Shown here in pieces: positions 1-8,036 of a stretch of DNA of 64,000 nt. Each line of letters starts with the position of its first letter. The stretch's first letter is position 1. Below the pieces are notes generated by a model. It made no database searches, was not told the DNA's origin, and was given only the letters and a program-made list of their open reading frames with translations. A program made the position numbers and the translations under genes. This stretch comes from an uncultured Bacilli bacterium (lineage in GTDB: Bacteria; Bacillota_I; Bacilli_A; Izemoplasmatales; UBA1188): contig CAJOMC010000001.1 of assembly GCA_905235635.1 (NCBI GenBank), forward strand, positions 22,948 through 86,947, written 5' to 3'.

Positions 1-2
1 AT

Positions 3-2567
3 GATGATGGACCAATTAAAGATGCTCCTAAAATCAAAAGATATCGTGTTTCATACTATGTACCTGGTTCTGCAGAACTATTTAACTCATCAATTGATAG
101 AGTAGATAAAAACCCAGCAGTTGCATCTTTCTTTGAAAGAATGACGTTCTTACCTTTAGAGCATATTACCGCAAATGTAATGCCAGGTGGAATGGGTATT
201 GGTATGCATGTTATCCCAGTTGAAAAAGAAGTTCAAATGTCTAATGAAGCAGTAAAACTTGAAAAAATTTCTTACTGGTTAAAGAAGTATGAAGGTCATT
301 TATCTGCGGGTATTTGTTCTTGTAGATATTCTAGAACTGTTCTAGGCGATGGCTGTGCTGATGATCCTAATGATTGGTGTATCCAAGTTGGTGATATGGC
401 TGACTACACTGTTGAAACAGGTAGAGCTCACTATATAACTAAAGAAGAAGCACTCGCAATTCTCAAGAAAGCTGAGGATAATGGTTATGTTCATCAAATC
501 ACTAATATTGATGGTGAAGACCATATATTTGATATTTGTAACTGTAATGTTGAAATATGTAATGCATTAAGAACATCGCTTTTATTCAATACTCCTCATA
601 TGAGTAGAAGTGCCTATACTGCAAAAGTTGATCCTAAAAACTGTGTTGCTTGTGGTAGATGTGTTGAAGTATGTCCTGCTGGTGCAGTTAAATTAGGTCA
701 AAAACTTTGTACTTCTAAAGGTCCAGTTGAATATCCTAAAGCAATTCTCCCAGATAAAATTAGATGGGGCAAATATGCGTGGGATGAGAACTATCGTGAC
801 ACTGCAAGAATCAATACATATCCTACAGGTACTGCACCTTGTAAGACTGCATGTCCTGCCCATGTTCCAGTACAAGGCTATCTTAAAATGGCAAACCAAG
901 GAAGGTATAGAGAAGCTCTTGCATTAATTAAGAGAGAAAATCCATTCCCAGCTGTATGCGGTAGGGTATGTAATAAGAGATGTGAAGATGCTTGTACTAG
1001 AGGCACAATTGATAAAGCAGTATCTATCGATGCGGTTAAAAAGTTCGTTGCTGATTTAGATTTAAATAGTAAAACTAAATATGTTCCTGAAAAGGTAATA
1101 TCTAAAGTTAATGGCGAATTTGATGAAAAGATAGCTATTATTGGTGCAGGTCCTGCTGGACTTTCATGTGCATATTATCTTGCATGTATGGGTTATAGAC
1201 CTACTGTATTTGAGAAAAATGCTAGACCTGGTGGTATGCTTGTATATGGTATTCCTTCATATAAACTTGAAAAAGATGTAATTGATGCTGAAATCGATGT
1301 TATGAGAGAACTTGGTGTTGAAATAAAATGCAATACTGAAGTTGGAAAAGATATCACTATCCAGGAATTAAAAGATCAAGGTTATAAGGCATTCTATGTT
1401 GCAATAGGTTGCCAAGGTGGCAAACGCCCTGGTGTTAAAAATGATAATGCAAATGGCACAGATATTGCTGTTAATTTCTTAAGAAATTCTTTCGAAAATA
1501 TACAGGATATTGATGGTGATGTTGTAGTCATTGGTGGTGGTAATGTTGCTATCGACTGTGCTAGAGTAGCACATAGATTACATGCAAATAGTGTTTCGAT
1601 GTATTGTCTTGAAACAAGAGATACAATGCCTGCTTCTAATGAAGAAATCGCTGAAGCTCTTGAGGAAGATGTAAAAATCGAAAACTCTTGGGGACCTAAA
1701 GAAGTTATCGTTGATGAAGATGGTAATGTTTCAGGCATCGTATTAATGAAATGTATCCAAACTATTGATCCTGAAACTAAGAAATTTAGCCCTAAGTATG
1801 ACGAAAATAATACTATTGAAGTTTCTTGCAAGAAAATTATCTTTGCAATCGGTCAAGAAATTGTTTGGGGAGATTTATTAAAAGGCACCAAAGTTACATA
1901 CTGGCATGGCAACTATCCTATATCTGATAAGTTCACATATCAAACTGCTGACCCAGATATCTTCGTTGGTGGTGATGTGAATACTGGACCTAAGTTTGTT
2001 ATTGATGCGATTGCTCAAGGCCATGAAGCTGCTGAGTCTTTAAATAGACACGTACATCGCAATGCTTCATTAACTATTGGTAGAGATAGAAGAAGATTTA
2101 TCGAATTCAATAAACATGATATCGTTCTTGAAGATTCATATGATAAAGCTGGTCGTCAAGAAGCTGGTATGGATACTTCATTCGATTATAAGATGTCATT
2201 TAAAGATGCTCATAAGACTTTAACCGAAGAGCAAGTTAAGATTGAAACTTCAAGATGCTTATCTTGTGGTGCATCAATTGTTGATCCTAATAAGTGTATA
2301 GGTTGTGGTCTTTGTACAACACGTTGTGAATTCGATGCAATTCACCTATATAGAGATCATCCAGAAATGACAAATATGAGAATGGCTGAAGATAAGATAA
2401 CAGGTCTTTTAGGATATGCATTAAAACGTGGAGTTAAGATTCTCTTTAACAGTGGCTCTAAAGAAGCTAAGATTATGAGAGCTAGACGCAAAGCATATCT
2501 TAAATCAACTAAAGAATTCAGAAAAGAAAATCCTCATACTGGATATGGCGTAGAAATAGATGCATGA
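3..2567 (+). CDS. Multi-[4Fe-4S] FAD/NAD(P)-dependent oxidoreductase (GltD/NfnB-like core with extra ferredoxin and Cys-rich domains); 5' end truncated by the window edge
   Basis: Frame is open from position 3 (DDGPIKDAPK...) into the track ORF at 141. Motifs: CVACGRCVEVCP, CKTACP, CGRVCNKRCEDAC, GAGPAG, GGGNVA, GGD, CLSCG...CIGCGLCTTRC. Confidence 0.85.
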   Translation, partial: DDGPIKDAPKIKRYRVSYYVPGSAELFNSSIDRVDKNPAVASFFERMTFLPLEHITANVMPGGMGIGMHVIPVEKEVQMSNEAVKLEKISYWLKKYEGHLSAGICSCRYSRTVLGDGCADDPNDWCIQVGDMADYTVETGRAHYITKEEALAILKKAEDNGYVHQITNIDGEDHIFDICNCNVEICNALRTSLLFNTPHMSRSAYTAKVDPKNCVACGRCVEVCPAGAVKLGQKLCTSKGPVEYPKAILPDKIRWGKYAWDENYRDTARINTYPTGTAPCKTACPAHVPVQGYLKMANQGRYREALALIKRENPFPAVCGRVCNKRCEDACTRGTIDKAVSIDAVKKFVADLDLNSKTKYVPEKVISKVNGEFDEKIAIIGAGPAGLSCAYYLACMGYRPTVFEKNARPGGMLVYGIPSYKLEKDVIDAEIDVMRELGVEIKCNTEVGKDITIQELKDQGYKAFYVAIGCQGGKRPGVKNDNANGTDIAVNFLRNSFENIQDIDGDVVVIGGGNVAIDCARVAHRLHANSVSMYCLETRDTMPASNEEIAEALEEDVKIENSWGPKEVIVDEDGNVSGIVLMKCIQTIDPETKKFSPKYDENNTIEVSCKKIIFAIGQEIVWGDLLKGTKVTYWHGNYPISDKFTYQTADPDIFVGGDVNTGPKFVIDAIAQGHEAAESLNRHVHRNASLTIGRDRRRFIEFNKHDIVLEDSYDKAGRQEAGMDTSFDYKMSFKDAHKTLTEEQVKIETSRCLSCGASIVDPNKCIGCGLCTTRCEFDAIHLYRDHPEMTNMRMAEDKITGLLGYALKRGVKILFNSGSKEAKIMRARRKAYLKSTKEFRKENPHTGYGVEIDA

Positions 2568-2913
2568 GTTAGGAGTTGTTTTCTATGTGATAAAGGAAGC
2601 AGAGGAAGCAGCGAAAGCTAACAACGTTAAACATATTTCAAGAATTACGCTTGAAGTAGGAGAAGTATCTACCATTGTTAAACATTATTTTGAAGAATGT
2701 TTTACTTGGGCAAAAGAAAAAAATGAATATACTAAAGGCTGCGATTTAAATTATATAACTATCAAAGCCTTTAGTTATTGTAATAACTGCAATCAAACTT
2801 TTGAAACGGTTAAGAACGGTAAAACATGTCCTCACTGTGCTTCAACTGATACTTATTTATATATAGGAAATGATGTAAGTATAAAATCAATAGAAACAGA
2901 AGAAGAAAGCTGA
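2560..2913 (+). CDS. hypA: Nickel metallochaperone HypA
   Basis: N-terminal MHE Ni motif; CNNC and CPHC zinc pairs; start overlaps the upstream CDS by 8 nt. Confidence 0.9.
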   Translation: MHELGVVFYVIKEAEEAAKANNVKHISRITLEVGEVSTIVKHYFEECFTWAKEKNEYTKGCDLNYITIKAFSYCNNCNQTFETVKNGKTCPHCASTDTYLYIGNDVSIKSIETEEES

Positions 2914-2932
2914 CCATTGGTCAGCTTTCTTC
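2902..2932. terminator. Hairpin overlapping the stop codons of convergent hypA and rsmE; probable bidirectional terminator or RNase barrier
   Basis: gaagaaagctgacca-t-tggtcagctttcttc, a perfect 15-bp inverted repeat; no classical U-tract. Confidence 0.65.
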
Positions 2933-3646
2933 ACATTCGATTATATATGCAAGCATCGCCATAAGAGATATGGTTGCAGTCTCGCTCCTTAATATTCTTT
3001 TACCAAGCGATATACTTTTAAAGCCCTTATTAATAAGTGTATCGTATTCATCTTTAGTAATACCACCCTCAGGGCCTATTACTATCGATATCTTCTCTGC
3101 ATTTTTAATATCTTTTTTTAACTCTGATAATGACTTAGTATCTTTATTATTTTCATATGCAACTAGCCCGATTTCATCATCCTCAAGCACAATATCTTTC
3201 ACTTTAATAGGATTCGAAACCTTAGGAATAAAATCCCTTTTAGATTGGTTTACAGCCATATTTACAATAGATTGATATCTATTAATTTTAGATTCTTCCT
3301 TAGATTTATCTATTTTCACAACGTTTCTCTCAAATATAGTTGGGAATATTTCTTTTGCGCCTAATTCCGTAACTTTTTGAATAGTTAAATCAAAGTTTTC
3401 GTTTCTAATCAGTGCTTGATATACTTTTATATATATAGGGAGTTCACTGTCTCTATCCATTTCACAAATGAGTTCTATATAATAATCCGATTCCTTTATT
3501 CTATATGAAGAAAGATATAGTTTATCGTCTAATACACCGATAAACTGATATCCATCTTTCGCCCTTAATACCACCTTTAGATGGTATAAGTCATTATCAT
3601 TTAATTTATATTTGTTTGAATCTTTAATAAGAAAATATTGTTGCAT
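2921..3646 (-). CDS. rsmE: 16S rRNA m3U1498 methyltransferase RsmE
   Basis: HLKVVLR, QKVTELG, EQ-like NQSKR, IGPEGG, LGKRILRSETA SPOUT motifs. Confidence 0.95.
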   Translation of the reverse strand: MQQYFLIKDSNKYKLNDNDLYHLKVVLRAKDGYQFIGVLDDKLYLSSYRIKESDYYIELICEMDRDSELPIYIKVYQALIRNENFDLTIQKVTELGAKEIFPTIFERNVVKIDKSKEESKINRYQSIVNMAVNQSKRDFIPKVSNPIKVKDIVLEDDEIGLVAYENNKDTKSLSELKKDIKNAEKISIVIGPEGGITKDEYDTLINKGFKSISLGKRILRSETATISLMAMLAYIIECEES

Positions 3647-3695
3647 ACATCATTATAATATCACAAATATGTCTTTATTATGTTATACTTTGCTT
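3647..3695. promoter_or_regulatory. Compact divergent promoter region with two -10 boxes placed for leaderless initiation
   Basis: + strand: TG-t-TATACT (3681-3689), 6 nt before in-frame GTG 3696. - strand: TATAAT (3657-3652), 5 nt before ATG 3646. No SD for either gene. Confidence 0.5.
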
Positions 3696-5015
3696 GTGAA
3701 AAAAGATAATAATTTAAAAACTTTTAAAATAATATCTTTAGGATGCAAGGTTAATTACTATGAGAGAGAATATCTTTCATCTTTACTCAAAGATAATGGA
3801 TATATAGAAGTTAGCGATGATGAGGCTGCGGATATTTCTATAATTAATACCTGTGCGGTTACTGAAGAAGCATCACGTAAATCTAGGCAAATGATTAGAC
3901 GAACTATTAAGGGAAACCCATCTGAACTGTGTGTTGTAATGGGGTGCCTTTCTCAAATTGATAGAAAGATTAAAGATATTCCTGGTGTTGATATTGTGAT
4001 GGGCACTTTTTCTAAAGGTAGAGTTCTTGAATTAATTAATCAATTTGTTGAAACTGGTGAAAAAATCAACATAGTAAAAGATGATAAATATGCAATTTTT
4101 AAAGAAAAATATGATAATTATACCGTTTATAGATTTGAAGCACATACAAGGGCATTTTTAAAGATAGAAGATGGTTGTAATATTTTCTGTAGCTACTGTA
4201 TAATTCCTTATGCTAGAGGAAGTGTTAGATCAAAACCACTTGATACATGTATAGAAGAAACTAAAGAATTGGTCAAAAATGGACATAAAGAGATAATTCT
4301 TTCTGGAATACATACAGGCGCATATGGTCAAGATTTAGGAATTACGATGTATGACCTTTTGAAAGAATTAGATAAAATTGATGGTCTTGAAAGAATTAGA
4401 ATTTCATCAATTGAGATTAATCAAATTACTGATGATATTCTTGAACTTGTCAAAAACTCTTCTAAATTAGTTAAACACTTTCATATTCCGCTTCAGGCAG
4501 GAAGCGAAAGAATCTTGAAACTTATGAATAGGCATTATACTAAGAAGGAATTCTTAGATAGAGTTAAAAAGATTAGAGAAGTACTCCCGGATATCTCTTT
4601 AACCACTGATTATATAGTAGGATTCCCTACTGAAACTGATGAAGATTTTGCTGAATCTATTGAAACATTAAAGGAAATAAAATTTGATATGATTCACACA
4701 TTTCCATTCTCAAAAAGAGAAGGGACTCCAGCAGCTAAGATGAAAGACGTAGATCCTATAGTGAAAAAAGAAAGATCTAAGCTTGTTAGAGATTTATCTA
4801 AGATAGGATATAAGAATCTTGTTGAAAGAAATATTGGTAATACATTAGATGTTATATTTGAAGTTTATAAAGATGGTTATATTTATGGACATTCAGGTAA
4901 CTACATCTATATTAAAGCTAGGGGAGAAATTGGTGATTTAAACAAACTTCTCCAGGTTAAATTAATTAATGATGATAAAGATGCTGCAATAGGCATAATT
5001 GTGGATAAATCCTAA
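3696..5015 (+). CDS. mtaB: tRNA t6A37 methylthiotransferase MtaB (radical SAM); start uncertain (GTG 3696 preferred, ATG 3669 possible)
   Basis: SLGCKVN, INTCAVT, GC, CNIFCSYC radical-SAM triad, C-terminal TRAM-like region. Confidence 0.93.
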   Translation: MKKDNNLKTFKIISLGCKVNYYEREYLSSLLKDNGYIEVSDDEAADISIINTCAVTEEASRKSRQMIRRTIKGNPSELCVVMGCLSQIDRKIKDIPGVDIVMGTFSKGRVLELINQFVETGEKINIVKDDKYAIFKEKYDNYTVYRFEAHTRAFLKIEDGCNIFCSYCIIPYARGSVRSKPLDTCIEETKELVKNGHKEIILSGIHTGAYGQDLGITMYDLLKELDKIDGLERIRISSIEINQITDDILELVKNSSKLVKHFHIPLQAGSERILKLMNRHYTKKEFLDRVKKIREVLPDISLTTDYIVGFPTETDEDFAESIETLKEIKFDMIHTFPFSKREGTPAAKMKDVDPIVKKERSKLVRDLSKIGYKNLVERNIGNTLDVIFEVYKDGYIYGHSGNYIYIKARGEIGDLNKLLQVKLINDDKDAAIGIIVDKS

Positions 5016-5054
5016 AATAAAGCACGCATATTAAGGTTTTTTGATATCGAATTG

Positions 5055-5102
5055 TTTACTTTTACCTCGTAATTTTATACAATAATAGTAGAATTACGAG
5101 GT
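5055..5102 (+). promoter_or_regulatory. Sigma70-type promoter embedded in an SD-sequestering inverted repeat
   Basis: TTTACT(5055-60)-17-TACAAT(5078-83); IR acctcgtaatt(5064-74)/aattacgaggt(5092-5102) whose 3' arm contains GAGGT. Confidence 0.55.
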
Positions 5103-5108
5103 TTTATT

Positions 5109-6560
5109 ATGTCAAGAGATGTACCTATAACTTATAGAAAAAGTTTTTTAGCAAAATATATTTTATCTGATGATAGAGTAAAAGAAGTTTATACTATTTT
5201 AAAAAATAGATTACTCCAAATTGAAGGCATGAAATCAAGGATAAGTTGGTTTTATGATGCCTTTAATATTGGAAGATTAAACTTTGCTAAGTTATCTATT
5301 AGAGGCAAATATGTTGCCTTATACTTAAATCTTGACACTAAAGACTATCCTGAAAATATTTATCATCAAGAAGATGTGTCAGATAGAAGAAGATACAAGG
5401 ACACATCTTTTAAAATTCATGTTAAAAGTAATAGAACCATCAAGTATGCATTTAAATTAATTGATGATTGTATAAATAAATTTTCATTAACTAAAGGTGC
5501 TCTACCAAATGAGGACTATTATCTCAAATATGAAGATGAAGAACCACTTGTTAAAAGAGGACTAATTGAGATAGTTGAACCAACAAGATACACCTATAGA
5601 CCTAAGGTACAAATACCTGTTGATACAAAAGTAAGAGAAGATGATGATTATTTATTTGAAGAAAATAATAATCTCCAAGTGATATTTGTTGATGGTTCAA
5701 AAGTATTTATTAAAGAAAGGAAGAGTTTCGAGGCAAAGTTAATCCAGTCTAGCAAAGAAACTCAAAATTACTACAATGTTATTAAAAACAGACTACTATC
5801 TTTCACTAAAGTTAAATCTAAGATTTCTTGGAAATACGAATCTTTCACTATTAATAAAGTAAAACTAGCTAAACTACAAATAAGAGGAAGATTTCTTGTT
5901 TTATATCTAGCACTTGATCTAAAAAAATATCCTAAAGAAAGAAGACTTGAGGATTCATCTAAATATGATTTGTTTAAAGATACGCCCGTAACATTGCGTA
6001 TTAAAGATGATACAAGATTAGAATTTGCCTTAGATTTAATAGAAGATTTAAGAAGAAGATTCCTTCTTGAAGAAGGTTTCTTAAAAGAAGATCATGATTA
6101 CTCAAAAGTATTTGAGAATGATGAGGAATTAAAAAATAAAGGCTTAATTAAAGTTTATGCTAAATTTGGCGATCCTGATGTACCAATGATAATGCAAAAG
6201 AATCAGGATGATAAGAAAAATATTAATTTTAATGTTTATAAAGAAGTAAGTGAATACGTTTTATCTATCGATGAAAACAACGAATTTAAAGAGGTAGAAC
6301 AGATCATTAAGGTGCCATTAAATGGTGTAAAAGATGTCATATATCTTGATGTGCTAAATGATAACTTTACCGAAGATGATGTTATAACACTAAATCTTTT
6401 AAAAGAAAGAAAATTATTACCACAAAATGTAGATTTCTATAAGGTTATATATAGAGGTGGAAATATCACTAAGAAATTACATATTATATCAAGTGCTCAA
6501 AGTACCATAGTTGAAAAAATTGTCACTGATTTTGGGGGAACATTTACCATAAAAGTTTAA
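5109..6560 (+). CDS. Hypothetical protein: two tandem ~150-aa homologous domains plus a C-terminal uL15-like domain
   Basis: Internal repeat YRKSFLAK...KNRLL...SRISW...KLSIRGKYVALYL versus ERKSFEAK...KNRLL...SKISW...KLQIRGRFLVLYL. C-terminus IYLDVLNDNF...ITLNLLKERKLLP...KV...GNITKKL...FGGT. Confidence 0.8.
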   Translation: MSRDVPITYRKSFLAKYILSDDRVKEVYTILKNRLLQIEGMKSRISWFYDAFNIGRLNFAKLSIRGKYVALYLNLDTKDYPENIYHQEDVSDRRRYKDTSFKIHVKSNRTIKYAFKLIDDCINKFSLTKGALPNEDYYLKYEDEEPLVKRGLIEIVEPTRYTYRPKVQIPVDTKVREDDDYLFEENNNLQVIFVDGSKVFIKERKSFEAKLIQSSKETQNYYNVIKNRLLSFTKVKSKISWKYESFTINKVKLAKLQIRGRFLVLYLALDLKKYPKERRLEDSSKYDLFKDTPVTLRIKDDTRLEFALDLIEDLRRRFLLEEGFLKEDHDYSKVFENDEELKNKGLIKVYAKFGDPDVPMIMQKNQDDKKNINFNVYKEVSEYVLSIDENNEFKEVEQIIKVPLNGVKDVIYLDVLNDNFTEDDVITLNLLKERKLLPQNVDFYKVIYRGGNITKKLHIISSAQSTIVEKIVTDFGGTFTIKV

Positions 6561-6564
6561 TTAT

Positions 6565-7437
6565 ATGAATTTACTACTATCAAGAAACTCTATAGTTTTT
6601 ATTATACTAATATCTTCATCTCTACTTGTAGGATTAATCTCCTACATTTCTTTAGTTATATATTTTAAAAAGCACCCAGAGAAAATAAAGAAGATTAAAA
6701 CATTATATAAAAACGAAATAAAATTTAATAGTAATGATCCTATATATAGTTCCTTTGTTATTATAAAAACTCATTTAAATGATTATAGAGTTGAATTATT
6801 TAATAAAGCAGGAAATGTATTATTATTTACTGATTATTTTCATTCCAAATTTGTCGCAAATGATTGTATAAAAAGAATAATAAGTGGCATTACGTGTGCA
6901 CAATTTATTAAAGAATCAGGGGTTAGTGGTGAATATTTCTATTTAATTAAAGTAGATAATAAAATCACGCTTTACTCTACTTTTTTTATCAATTCATCTG
7001 ATATGGAAATTGATATTGAATTAATAAAAAAAGAGGTCTTTAATGCCTCTAAAATGGATGTTACGATAAAAGGAAATGAATCATTTTCTAAAATAATTAA
7101 ACCGATTGATTTAATATCTTTAAAACTGAACAAAGTTGATGGGAAATACTACTTATCTTACAATAAAGGCAAAGAGGAATTGTTTAAAACTATTTCTTAT
7201 AAACATAGGAATGATGTTCTATTATTAAAATCCCAACTTTCCAAATCTTCATCTCTTCTTGAATTTGAAACTACTCAATTAGGCAGTATTCATTTATCAT
7301 ATTTAATGGATAAAAACAAAAAAATCATTATGTTTGGTGGTTATAGTGATAAACCAGAAGATTTAATAAAAAACCCCAGTTTATTAGAAAAAAGATATAG
7401 TTTAATTGAAAGTTTAAAAAACGATTATTACAATTAA
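6565..7437 (+). CDS. Single-pass membrane protein with degenerate YegP/DUF1508-like repeats
   Basis: N-terminal hydrophobic helix (IVFIILISSSLLVGLISYISLVIYF) then a basic stretch; repeated pattern like YRVELFNKAGNVLLFTDYFHSKFVANDCIKRI. Confidence 0.6.
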   Translation: MNLLLSRNSIVFIILISSSLLVGLISYISLVIYFKKHPEKIKKIKTLYKNEIKFNSNDPIYSSFVIIKTHLNDYRVELFNKAGNVLLFTDYFHSKFVANDCIKRIISGITCAQFIKESGVSGEYFYLIKVDNKITLYSTFFINSSDMEIDIELIKKEVFNASKMDVTIKGNESFSKIIKPIDLISLKLNKVDGKYYLSYNKGKEELFKTISYKHRNDVLLLKSQLSKSSSLLEFETTQLGSIHLSYLMDKNKKIIMFGGYSDKPEDLIKNPSLLEKRYSLIESLKNDYYN

Positions 7438-7613
7438 CCTATATCTTTTTTGTTTCTTCTATTCTTTTTTGTGACACTACTTGCTCCTGGGTTACCAGTG
7501 TTATCCTTATGAAAGCCTTTAATTCTTTCGATTCTCCTTTCGTTTGAAAGGCCCAACATTATTAATAATATTGCAATTACAAGTAGTATTCCTACAAATA
7601 TAACTAGTCCCAT
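7434..7613 (-). CDS. Small 59-aa membrane protein (below the ORF-track cutoff)
   Basis: MGLVIFVGILLVIAILLIMLGLSNERRIERIKGFHKDNTGNPGASSVTKKNRRNKKDIG*; SD GAAGG 7 nt upstream; one TM helix and a basic tail. Confidence 0.7.
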   Translation of the reverse strand: MGLVIFVGILLVIAILLIMLGLSNERRIERIKGFHKDNTGNPGASSVTKKNRRNKKDIG

Positions 7614-7722
7614 AATAATACCTTCAACAATATTTTATCAAATTTTTACGATAAATATTATTGTTTTTTAGAATAATATGTTAAAATTGTTTAGTAATCT
7701 TAAGAAAGAGGGGGTGAAATTA

Positions 7723-7905
7723 ATGCCTAAAACAATCTTAAAAGAAAACGAGAAGTTTGATGATCTAGTACGTCGTTTCAAAAGAGATGTAACTAGAGCT
7801 GGTACACTTCAAGAAGCAAAGAAAAGAGAATTTTACCTATCTCCTTCTAAAAAAAGAAAAGAAAAAGATAGAGAAAGCCATAAGAGAAAATACTCTCATA
7901 GGTAA
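7723..7905 (+). CDS. rpsU: 30S ribosomal protein bS21
   Basis: [14 protein letters not shown]...[13 protein letters not shown]; SD GAGGGGG before ATG 7723. Confidence 0.95.
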   Translation: MPKTILKENEKFDDLVRRFKRDVTRAGTLQEAKKREFYLSPSKKRKEKDRESHKRKYSHR

Positions 7906-7912
7906 AGATAAG

Positions 7913-7940
7913 AATGTAGCGCGAGCTACATTTTCTTTTC
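7913..7940 (+). terminator. Intrinsic terminator after rpsU
   Basis: aatgtagc-gcga-gctacatt followed by ttcttttc (GNRA loop). Confidence 0.85.
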
Positions 7941-8036
7941 ACACACGCATATGCGCACACAATTTTTTTATTTTTTTATAAAAAAATCAGCTTTTAATTT
8001 GTTTTTCTTAAAAAATAAGTTATCATTATTAGGGAA

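Noticed and set aside
2970-3275. 101-aa + strand ORF, and the many other 60-150-aa antisense or alternate-frame ORFs in the track (e.g. 1394-1831, 42953-43411, 56493-56819)
   Set aside because: They lie wholly within well-supported genes, have no SD or motifs, and show the Ser/Ile/Phe-rich composition expected of shadow frames.
5000-5008. Perfect DnaA box TGTGGATAA (also near-matches at 53286 and 53381)
   Set aside because: Isolated, and the perfect copy is inside mtaB. No clustered boxes, DUE or dnaA/dnaN, and genes converge rather than diverge, so this is not oriC.
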